From Eledone cirrhosa (lineage: Eukaryota): 64,000 bases of DNA. Under the pieces are notes generated by a model. It was given only the letters and a program-made list of their open reading frames with translations, had not been told where the DNA came from and searched no databases. The position numbers and the translations under genes are program-made. The stretch spans positions 234,670,001 to 234,734,000 of the forward strand of contig OZ024741.1 in the NCBI GenBank assembly GCA_964016885.1, in the 5' to 3' direction. This document shows positions 52,301-64,000 of the stretch, one piece after another (the first letter of the stretch is position 1; each line of letters begins with the position of its first letter).

Positions 52301-55260
52301 CACAACAAATCATACTATACCACAACAAATATCATACTACACCACACAACAAATCATACTATACCACAACAAATATCATACTACACCACACAACAAATCA
52401 TACTATACCACAACAAATATCATACTACACCACACAACAAATCATACTATACCACAACAAATATCATACTACACCACACAACAAATCATACTATACCACA
52501 ACAAATATCATACTACACCACACAACAAATCATACTATACCACAACAAATATCATACTACACCACACAACAAATCATACTATACCACAACAAATATCATA
52601 CTACACCACACAACAAATCATACTATACCACAACAAATATCATACTACACCACACAACAAATCATACTATACCACAACAAATATCATACTACACCACACA
52701 ACAAATCATACTATACCACAACAAATATCATACTATACCACAACAAATATCACACTACACCACACAACAAATCATACTATACCACAACAAATATCACACT
52801 ACACCACACAACAAATCATACTATACCACAACAAATATCATACTACACCACACAACAAATCATACTATACCACAACAAATATCATACTACACCACACAAC
52901 AAATCATACTATACCACAACAAATATCATACTACACCACACAACAAATCATACTATACCACAACAAATATCATACTACACCACACAACAAATCATACTAT
53001 ACCACAACAAATATCACACTACACCACACAACAAATCATACTATACCACAACAAATATCACACTACACCACACAACAAATCATACTATACCACAACAAAT
53101 ATCATACTACACCACACAACAAATCATACTAAACCACAACAAATATCATACTACACCACACAACAAATCATACTATACCACAACAAATATCATACTACAC
53201 CACACAACAAATCATACTATACCACAACAAATATCATACTACACCACACAACAAATCATACTATACCACAACAAATATCATACTACACCACACAACAAAT
53301 CATACTATACCACAACAAATATCATACTACACCACACAACAAATCATACTATACCACAACAAATATCATACTACACCACACAACAAATCATACTATACCA
53401 CAACAAATATCATACTACACCACACAACAAATCATACTATACCACAACAAATATCATACTACACCACACAACAAATCATACTATACCACAACAAATATCA
53501 CACTACACCACACAACAAATCATACTATACCACAACAAATATCACACTACACCACACAACAAATCATACTATACCACAACAAATATCATACTACACCACA
53601 CAACAAATCATACTATACCACAACAAATATCATACTACACCACACAACAAATCATACTATACCACAACAAATATCATACTACACCACACAACAAATCATA
53701 CTATACCACAACAAATATCATACTACACCACACAACAAATCATACTATACCACAACAAATATCACACTACACCACACAACAAATCATACTATACCACAAC
53801 AAATATCATACTACACCACACAACAAATCATACTATACCACAACAAATATCATACTACACCACACAACAAATCATACTATACCACAACAAATATCATACT
53901 ACACCACACAACAAATCATACTATACCACAACAAATATCATACTACACCACACAACAAATCATACTATACCACAACAAATATCATACTACACCACACAAC
54001 AAATCATACTATACCACAACAAATATCACACTACACCACACAACAAATTATACTATACCACAACAAATATCACACTACACCACACAACAAATCATACTAT
54101 ACCACAACAAATATCATACTACACCACACAACAAATCATACTATACCACAACAAATATCACACTACACCACACAACAAATCATACTATACCACAACAAAT
54201 ATCATACTACACCACACAACAAATCATACTATACCACAACAAATATCATACTACACCACACAACAAATCATACTATACCACAACAAATATCACACTACAC
54301 CACACAACAAATCATACTATACCATAACAAATATCATACTATACCACACAACAAATCATACTATACCACAACAAATATCATACTACACCACACAACAAAT
54401 CATACTATACCACAACAAATATCACACTACACCACACAACAAATCATACTATACCACAACAAATATCATACTATACCACACAACAAATCATACTATACCA
54501 CAACAAATATCACACTACACCACACAACAAATCATACTATACCACAACAAATATCATACTATACCACACAACAAATCATACTATACCACAACAAATATCA
54601 TACTACACCACACAACAAATCATACTATACCACAACAAATATCACACTACACCACACAACAAATCATACTATACCACAACAAATATCATACTATACCACA
54701 CAACAAATCATACTATACCACAACAAATATCACACTACACCACACAACAAATCATACTATACCACAACAAATATCATACTATACCACACAACAAATCATA
54801 CTATACCACAACAAATATCACACTACACCACACAACAAATCATACTATACCACAACAAATATCATACTATACCACACAACAAATCATACTATACCACAAC
54901 AAATATCACACTACACCACACAACAAATCATACTATACCACAACAAATATCATACTATACCACACAACAAATCATACTATACCACAACAAATATCATACT
55001 ACACCACACAACAAATCATACTATACCACAACAAATATCATACTACACCACACAACAAATCATACTATACCACAACAAATATCATACTACACCACACAAC
55101 AAATCATACTATACCACAACAAATATCATACTACACCACACAACAAATCATACTATACCACAACAAATATCACACTACACCACACAACAAATCATACTAT
55201 ACCACAACAAATATCATACTACACCACACAACAAATCATACTATACCACAACAAATACCA
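49387..55260. repeat. Satellite, 44-bp unit (two related 22-mers), about 133 copies, no G on +
   Basis: cacacaacaaatcatactatac + cacaacaaatatca(t/c)actacac; ORF translations cycle every 44 aa = 3 units. Confidence 0.96.
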
Positions 55261-55264
55261 TACT

Positions 55265-55519
55265 TGTAGCCGGAGGCATTCGGACTTACCTTGCGTCTTT
55301 CTATCACTCGTTCCACCGCCCACGTGGGGTACTTTCAACAGCGTCTATCTTCACACGACACGTCTCCTCACGCTGCCAACAGCCAAGTGACTGCTGCCCG
55401 CTGCTTGGTCCCTCGTGTCGCCCCGGTCCTCCTGCTTCCGGTCAGGCGTCCCCCAACTTCTGGCAATCCCCCTCCCACAGCAGCTCTACACACCCCCTCT
55501 ATCTCATGGCAGCCCCACA
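55265..55519. mobile_element. Probable solo LTR, 255 bp
   Basis: TGT...ACA termini, 5-bp target duplication ATACT (55260-55264 and 55520-55524), GC-rich within the satellite. Confidence 0.75.
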
Positions 55520-55832
55520 ATACTACACCACACAACAAATATCACACTACACCACACAACAAATATCACACTACACCAAACAACAAATATCACACTACAT
55601 CACCACACTACACTACAACAAATATCATACTATACCACACAACAAACATCACACTACATCACACAACAAATATCACACTACACCACAACAAATATCACAC
55701 TACACCACAACAAATATCACACTATACCACACAACAAATATCACACTACATTACACAACAAATATCACACTTCACCACACAACAAATATCACTACACGCT
55801 ACAAAATATATTGCACTATACCATACACCATG
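55520..55832. repeat. Degenerate continuation of the satellite (22-mer monomers)
   Basis: Irregular copies of cacacaacaaatatcacactac. Confidence 0.85.
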
Positions 55833-56315
55833 ATACAAGGCTAGATAGAACATTTACAGACAATACATCTATATTATACAGAATTCCAAACAATAGTAGA
55901 TGTTTAATCATGAAAGCAATCCTTATATCTCCATTTGGTGTTAAGATCACTAGCTTGTATAATGGCAACCACACAAACAATACATACATCATAAACATGC
56001 AACTTATAATGTATAAGTCTAATGCTCAAGATTTAAGATTCAAATTCAGGTAAAAAAAAGCTATAGAATGCTGGTGAAGAAAAAATAACTGCATATAACT
56101 TAAGAAAATACATTTACCTTCCATAAAAGAGACAGTAAAAATAAATCGATAACACTTCTGATGACGAGGTTATGAGGGTCTGGAAATGTTTAAACTATGG
56201 ACTTAAGAACCTTGTTGTTCTAAAACAAAAAAATGTAGGTGATTTGTTAGAAAATGAGGAATTGAAATTTAAAATGTCTTTAACAACACATGCATAGATA
56301 GATAGATTTATATCA

Positions 56316-56560
56316 GTGTCCCACTATGTGTTTGCTGTGCCACTGCTGATACCAACATTTGGATTACATATGACCCGAGCCATTGATGTTAAAACCGGAA
56401 AAGTTCTAATCAGCACTGGAAATTTCCACATCAACAGTGGCAGAGACCGCCTCTATCTAAAACATAAACAGGGAAATAGAGGTTCAACATCAATGCAAAC
56501 AGCATTTGAAGGTCACATCATATCCTTCTGACAATATCTATGAAACACCAAGTATAGAAG
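56316..56560 (+). mobile_element. R4/Dong-like reverse transcriptase C-terminal fragment
   Basis: FAVPLL.PTFG..IDVKT.K.L...FH..DRLYL...GNRG. Confidence 0.6.
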
Positions 56561-57079
56561 CCATCCATTGATGGAAGAAATCAGCTGTTGTGACTTGGAG
56601 AGGGATGAACTCCACCAAATTTTAAATACTGAAGACCTGTATGCCACTATGGTGTCCCTACACTCCATCAGGCATCAGATCTATATATATCATCATTATC
56701 ATCATCGCCGAGGTTGACTTTGCCTTTCATCCTTACGGGGTCGATAAAATAAAGTACCAGTAATGCACTGGGTAATTGCTGGCCTTGTGCCTAAAGTAGA
56801 AACAATTATCATCATCACCATTTTACATCCATTCTTCCACACTAGCATGGGTTAGACGAGTTGTCCTGTTCTTGTCAATGCTAGGTTAGGTGACCGTGCC
56901 TTGGCTTGGTTTCTACAGCTGGATGCCCTTCTTAACGCCAACCTCATTTATAGTGGGTACTGGGTGCTTTTTGTTGTGACGCCTACATAATCACTTTACA
57001 GTGTGGACTGGGTGCTTTTTGTCATGATACTTATACGACCACTATACAGTGAGAGGATGGGGCATACTGTATATATGCT

Positions 57080-57735
57080 TCAGCTTTGGCCTGTGCCCGT
57101 GGGAAGTCGGGTCTTCTGTATTATTGCATAACGCCAGAGATCTTGGTCCTGTCTCATCACCTTTGAGAGGTGCAATTGGGCAAGGTCAGCTTTTATCACC
57201 TTGTCCCAAGTCTTCTTGGGTCTTCCACTCCAAGGCTTCCATTGACTTTGAGCATTCTGCACCTTTTTATGCATCTGTCATCCTTCATACGCATCATATG
57301 TCCATATCAACGTAGTCTCCTCTCTTGCATACAGCATTTGATTCCTCTTATGCCTAGTTCTCTCAGTTCATTTATGCTTTGCCGTTCATGTATATTACTA
57401 TTACACATCCATTGGAACATGCAAGCTTCATTTCTTTTAATCTCCGCAAGTCTTCTGCACACAGCGCCATGTCTCACTACCATGCAACATTGCTGTTTGT
57501 ATGTACACATCATACAGTCTGCCCTTCATTTTGAGGGAAAAGCCTTTTGTAGCTAGCAGTGGTAGTAGCTCCCTAATTTTCTTCCATTCTGTTCTTACTC
57601 TGGCTACTGTACTTTCAGAACACCCACCACTGCTCCTAATTCGGTCACCCAGATAGCAGAAGGTGTCAACTATTTCTACAGAGCCCTCCCAGAATTTGGT
57701 AGTGCTTGTTTCCTGCTTACCGTCCTGGTGCAACT
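57080..57735 (-). mobile_element. RTE-type LINE 3' fragment
   Basis: VDTFCYLGD..MLHGSETW; GRPKKTW. Confidence 0.78.
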
Positions 57736-58979
57736 ACTACATGTTAAGCCAATATATATAAATAGGCAAGTATGGTTATGTTAAGTTTACTTTGCAACAA
57801 CAGAATCTTGAGTTCTCTCCTATTGCAAGGGACTTAAGGAGTTGATTTACAGTATTCCCTGACATGGGAGATGCTGATTTTTCCCCAAAAATAAGTCTGA
57901 AAAATTTACCCTGCATCTTGGAGGCCAAAGATTTTGTTAGTCAATTTGTTAAAGTTTTGTTTTCAAAATTGAGCTATTCAAAATAGGGTTACATCCAAGA
58001 CATTGGAGCTTCTTTAACTCCAGGAAATAAGGTGATTAAATGTTTTCTCAAAATATTCCTGGCCTTGTGTCTATGTTAAAAATTATTATTTTTAATTCTT
58101 TATTTATCATATTCCTAATGAAATATTTTCAAATAATTTTTATAACTAAAAATAACTTTCTCATTATTAAGCTGGTGTTTGGAACATAACTTAACAAAGC
58201 TTCTTACATATAATTATGATGGAAGTATTTTAGATAAACATAAACACTTTAAAACAAGCAGCTTTGTACCATAGAAACAGGAGTGGTTTCAGATGGTTTG
58301 GTATCAAAAGAGTTAAATACATGACCATAACATCTCATAGAATGGAAAGACATTTTTGAAGTATAAGGCTGCAAATTAGCAGAGTCATTGAGTATCTTAG
58401 CAGCAAAGTCAACTTTGCTTTTCATTATTTCAGTTATAAATAAAGTAGCAGTGGAGTGGCAGAATTATATGAGTGTCAGACAGGATGCCTTATAGTATCT
58501 GTTCTAATCCCACCTTTCACTATGTAAATAGTGACATGATTCGATTAGGGGCTCTATCATTAAACTGCTCCCAAAAACTTCCTATAAGATGCAGCCACAC
58601 CATCAAAAGCCAGATAAACCTACACAGATGTGAGCTGTCACAACAATTTTAAAGTAGAATAAGAATCAAAGAAAGGGTAGAAACTGGTTGGTGACTGACT
58701 GGTTTGATCTGGTTGGGTATCGTCATAGCTTAAAGGAGCAGTTCCCAGCTTGATATCTGCAAATGTAGTACTGGGGGTCTGTGAGTTAAGTTCAGAATTT
58801 CAAATACTTTGTTAAAAACATATTACATCGTCATCATCATCATCGTTTAACCTTTAGACAATACACATCCATTTTTCTCTAAGTGTAAATACTTCTCTCT
58901 TTCAATTGATATTCTCACTGTATAACAATCTGGGAGGGGAAGTAATTGTAGTTGTGGATCTGTGAGAAACGTTATTTAA

Positions 58980-59200
58980 CCCTTTAGCATTTAAACCAGC
59001 CATATCCAGTCAGAATTCTCTCACCTCTTTCTTTTCAAACTGGTTGCAACAGGCCGCTCATACTGAAGTTGAGGTATTGTTCTTAAAATAAACAACATCG
59101 AAATCTTGTAGATTTGATATTATGTGAGATAATTATGTAAGATAAAGACTTTACCACAAAAATACAATAGTATATATAGAGTAATGTAAATGCTAATGGG
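58980..59200. mobile_element. piggyBac-type MITE
   Basis: ttaa-ccctttagcatttaaacc...taaatgctaatggg-ttga. Confidence 0.8.
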
Positions 59201-60466
59201 TTGAATAAAAAAAAGAGTCCTTCGTATTGAGGAGCCATTGGTTTAAAGAAATAATAAACAAACATGAAATACATTTTTGCTACACATAGAATATTTATTT
59301 ATTTATATAACACAGACTCACAAAGAATGCTGCATGATATAAATATTTAAAGAATCACATTGATCTGTCCCATTTCCATCTCTGACATTTTATTAGCATA
59401 TTCAATAAACTGAGTGAAATATAATTTTCTTAAAACCTCCACCAATGTATTTTCTGCTACCAGACAGTTGTTTTTAATGAATGTGGTTCTTCAAAAAACT
59501 ACAACCCTTTTACATAGGTAATGGTTAGCTGCATAATACATTTATTACAGATTGGTTTGAAGTGGTGCAACATATTCCTATGTACACTCTGATAAATCTG
59601 GAATGTGAATATACAGCATTTATGTATCAACTCTATAGTCTCTGTTTGAGTGAACCAAAGAAGGCCTTTAGTACTAGAGAAGGAGTTATCTGCTCTTCCA
59701 AGAGCCAGCAGGTTTATTTATTTATTTATTAACATTTTTTATCCACGAAAGATGAAATCAGCTTTTTTAGGGAAATGGATAGCTTAGTGTCAGTTTTGGA
59801 ACACCTGGCCATAGATCAGTTATGGGTAAAAATCTCAGGATAACTTTCTTGAGAGTTTTGCATCCATCAAGCCATAATTAGTCATGTTTTTTTTTTAGTT
59901 GGAAGAAAGCATCAGAGTATGGAATTTTCCAAAGTAGACTCAACTAGAATTATCAAATGATTCTGAGACAAAGTGGTACTGTACGATTCCCAAATATCTT
60001 GGGGGAGGGGGGACACAAGAGGGTAGAGAAAAGAAAATGGTTATGAAAAATATCAGAAAACACTCTAGGAGGGATAATGATGATTCAGCAAATGTGTTCT
60101 ACATTTTCCAAAATTCTTTATATGATGTGATTTTGTGACGATATATAATGAAATAATAGTGTCTTGTGTGTCATTGTCATGTCTTGAAATATAATCCTAA
60201 TTGAGTGTGTGTGTTTGTATGTACACATTATGTATGTGTATATATATACATATTTAAATACACATACATTACGATATATGTATATATTATACACTTATCT
60301 ATATACATACACACACACATATATATACTATATATGTGTGTGTGTATATTTATATATATTTAAACATACATTCGTAATATAATGCATGTATTCACTCCCA
60401 CACGCACACAATTTTTTAGTTATCTTTAAACTAAAAACATTACAACATTCTTCTTCCTGAACCAGA

Positions 60467-62187
60467 TCACAGTTGCCACAAATAAGTACTCATAGGAGGA
60501 AATTCTTCAACTGCTTTGTTGATGGAATTTGAAGAAGTCTTTGGAGGTTTACTGGCAGTCTTGTTGTGGGTCTTCTTGTGGCGATGTAGAGTGTCGCTCC
60601 TAGCAAAATGTTTAGGGCACAAGTCACAGTGGAAAGCCTTCTCACCTGTATGGGTTCTCTTGTGCAGTCGTAGGTAGTGTCTCTGAGCAAATGCCTTCAA
60701 ACAGACTTCACACTGAAAGGGTTTCTCACCTGTGTGTGTTCTGCGATGCATCTGCAAAGAATTCCTCTGTGCAAACTGCTTGAAGCAGAAGTCACACTGA
60801 AACGGTTTCTCCCCAGTGTGGGTTCTTTTATGCAATTGCAAGTAATGTTTGTGGGCAAAGTTCTTGAGGCAGACTTCACACTGGAATGGTTTCTCTCCTG
60901 TGTGTGTTCTCTTGTGTATCTGTAATGTGTTTCTCTGTGCAAACTGTTTGAAACAAGTCTCACATTGGAACGGTTTCTCTCCGGTGTGAGACCTCTCATG
61001 AATTTGCAGATAATGTCTCTGTGCAAACAGTTTCATACAAACATCACATTGGTAACGTCGCTTTGGTCCATGTGTTCTTTGATGTACTCTTAGTTTGCTA
61101 CTTTGGGAAAATTGCTTGAAACAAACTTCACATTTAAATGGTTTTTCCCCTGTGTGAGTTCTCCGATGAATTTGAAGGGTTGTTTTGCGAGCAAACTTCT
61201 GGATACAGAAGTCACATTGGAATGGTTTCTCGCCAGTATGTGTTCTCTTGTGAATAGCCAGATAGTATTTTTGAGTAAACTGTTTAAGACAGACATCACA
61301 CTGGAACAGTTTTTCGCCTGTGTGGATTCTTTTGTGGATCTCCAAGTGGTATTTCTGTACAAATTGTTTCAAACAAACATCACACTGATTAGGTTGTTCT
61401 CCCGTGTGAGTTCTACGATGTATTCGCAGGTAGTAGCGCTGTGCAAAATGTCTCAGGCAAATATCACATTGGTAACGTTTCTTACTAATATGTTGCTTCT
61501 GATGGATTTGGAGTTTAATCCTTTGGGAGAATTTCTCAAGACAAATGGTGCATTGATATGGTGTTTCACCAGTATGTGTTCTACGGTGGATCTTCAGTGT
61601 ATCTTTGCGGGCAAATTTCTGAATACAGAAATCACATTGGAATGGTTTCTCACCAGTATGAGACCGTTTATGAATAGCCAAATAATAGCGCTGAGCAAAT
61701 TGTTTTTGACATATGTCACAGTAATAGGACTTCTTCATTGTGACATTGTGTAGTTCTTCAAACCTGGGAATATCTGGTGGCATTCCTTGATAATTGCTTC
61801 CCATTGTTTTTGAAATTTGATACTGAGGTTGTGAGATGGATTGTGGTTGTGAAGGATATTTTTGTGTATTAGTCGGTGCCCTTTGGTAACTTGGAGAAAT
61901 ATTCTGGTGTTGGAATTTTCCATGGTTCTGAATTTCACTTCTTTGAACATTCATTGGTATCGGTTGGTAATTGTTTTCATTGGTTTTCATTGGCTGATCA
62001 ACTTTGTCTGTGTGGTTCTTTTTGTGTCGCTGCATGACATCCTTACGAGAGAACTGTTTGTTACAAATGTCACATGGGAACGGCTTCTCTCCTGTGTGTT
62101 TCCTTCGGTGCATGTGCATCAAATATTCCTGAGCAAACTTCTTGCCGCAGTAATCGCAGAACAGTTGCTTGAGAGGTTGAGGATGTG

Positions 62188-62251
<64 letters not shown>

Positions 62252-63229
62252 TTGGTGTTGTTGATGTTGATGTTTTATAGAACTCTGCGGCAGTTTGTTC
62301 GGGCCATATTGTTTTTGAGACACATCACCATGGAATGATTTATCAACACTAGATGTGGAGCTCTTCTGTGATGAACTCTCCTTAGATGACTGTCCACTCT
62401 CCAAGTTTGACTGCATTCTCTCAGTAGTTGGTAAGTAACATGGCTGAGAATATTGACTGCTGTACATATTGTTACCAGGGAACACTGTCTGACCAATGTA
62501 GGGTAGTCTCTGGCTATCTATAGTTGAATCATGTGAGAACTGGGTCCCAGGCAGGTCACTGTTGCTACTGTTGTCTGGTTTGTCAACTGGTGATGCTATT
62601 CTCTCTTTCTCCAAGTTATGTCTATGAGAAGAGATCTGTTTACTAGAGATGCTGTTGTGGATGTTTTTCTCCGGAACATGTGACATCCTTGGAACTTCTT
62701 GGCAGCTACTTTGGAGGAACTGTTTCCCAGAAATTGATGAGGAGTGGGTTGTTTTCTCATGTGAGATTCTTTGGCTGGACTGCATGTTATGTTCATGGGA
62801 ATAATGTTTGCCAGAGCTGCTGCTGTTTTGACTGGACTTTTCAATACCATGTAGCATTCTTTGTGAATCAAGCGCGTGTTCATGTGGGAACTGCTTGCCT
62901 GAGCTGCTTGAATGGTGCATAGATTTTTCTGCTGCATGTGACATTCTCTGGGAACTATGGGAGTGTGATGACGATGAGGAAGAATGTCGGTGGTGGAGGT
63001 GTTTGCCAGAAATATTACTGTGGTTTCCCTTGTCCTGCATCGGAAGCATCCTCTGAGTGTCGAGGCCATGGTCACTGCTGTGAGGAAAATGCTTACCTGC
63101 AGAGGAAATTGTGTTATGTATGGACTTCTCGGCAATGTGAGTCATCCTTGGAGCATGTAGGGTGTGTGCCGGGTGGAATGGCATCCCATACATGTCATAA
63201 TGGAATGGTACACTAGCAGACCGTTCCAT
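60467..63229 (-). CDS. C2H2 zinc-finger protein, 2+14 fingers, Ser/His-rich N-terminus and 22-Q tract, about 920 aa
   Basis: The track ORF starts at TTG 63238; the first ATG is at 63229 (MERSASVPF); canonical linkers; minus-strand acceptor atttcag| at 63345. Confidence 0.93.
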
Positions 63230-63894
63230 TTTGGCCAACTGGGTTGGCTAGCTTGATAGCTGGCCTACACTAAACTATAGTAGTAGTAGTAATAGTTACC
63301 AACTTAATACAATGTTGTTCTGGAGTTTAACCACAATCTCGCACCTGAAATATATAAAAAAAAATAAACATATATAAATGAGTTATATATGTATTTTTTC
63401 TCAAACTATAGATGTTATGAAATGATTTATTATGATATAAATATAATTAGACTGTGGCCAAACTGGAGTACCAACTTAAAATCCATATCAACCCCAGTAT
63501 TTATTTTTACAATATCTTTTTGTCACAGGATATAACACGCACTTGTTTGTGTGTGCATGTGCAGCAAAGGTAATTGGTTGGAAGATCAAGTTAGTAAAGT
63601 TATGCCAAGAATTTTCAGGTTTGATGTGGTTCGACAATCAGCAAATAGAACAAACCTATTCATCAAAGATGTAATCCATATGTAGTCAACAATTAAATCA
63701 TTGAGTAAACAATTCTAGGTTAAATCATGAGTGTAAGTACACTGAGCATTTAAATAATAAATCTAGGAATTCTGAAAGAATTTAAAGACATTTTTATTCG
63801 CACGTGTTTCAACAAACGAGATGTGAAGAAATATAGTAAATTGAAGAATTTGATTAAGCAACATTATAGTATATGAGTTATATAGTATATTGCC

Positions 63895-64000
63895 TTTCTG
63901 AGTTCAAATCCTGCCAAGGTTAACTTTGCCTTTCATCCTTACGGGATCGATAAAATAAAGTACCAGTAATGCACTGGATAATTGCTGGCCTTGTGCCTAA
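63895..64000 (+). mobile_element. tRNA-derived SINE, cut by window end
   Basis: ctgagttcaaatcctgccaaggttaactttgcctttcatcc; near-identical to 56705-56815. Confidence 0.75.

Noticed and set aside
49307-53132. 827-aa and 1264-aa ORFs
   Set aside because: Translations of the G-free satellite; TAG and TGA cannot occur, so open frames are expected by chance
60490-63216. Overlapping and antisense ORFs inside the large zinc-finger gene
   Set aside because: Shadow frames of repetitive finger and polyQ codons
63230-63238. Track start of the 923-aa ORF
   Set aside because: It is a TTG codon; the first ATG is at 63229

Overview
AT-rich, repeat-dense eukaryotic DNA, most consistent with an octopus or related coleoid cephalopod (inferred from single-coding-exon C2H2 zinc-finger genes, tRNA-derived SINEs and abundant (TA)n/(CA)n). 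Three host genes are well supported, all C2H2 zinc-finger proteins: 16459-17154 (+, 8 fingers), 22651-23997 (-, 9 fingers) and 60467-63229 (-, 16 fingers with polyQ). The rest is decayed LINEs (RTE, CR1/Jockey-like, CRE-like, R4-like), SINEs, piggyBac- and Tc1-type MITEs, a 65-bp minisatellite built from a SINE-SINE junction, and a 5.9-kb G-free 44-bp satellite interrupted by a solo LTR. The most notable unannotated structure is a set of long inverted repeats, mostly next to (TA)n tracts (3659, 8921, 32350, 32679, 35036). Their arms carry type I hammerhead-ribozyme motifs on both strands; two + strand copies (9134-9194, 33092-33173) have complete cores and several have unusually long stem II. 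This fits non-coding Penelope-like pLTR or retrozyme-type elements. No RNA folding or database search was run; all pairings were read by eye.
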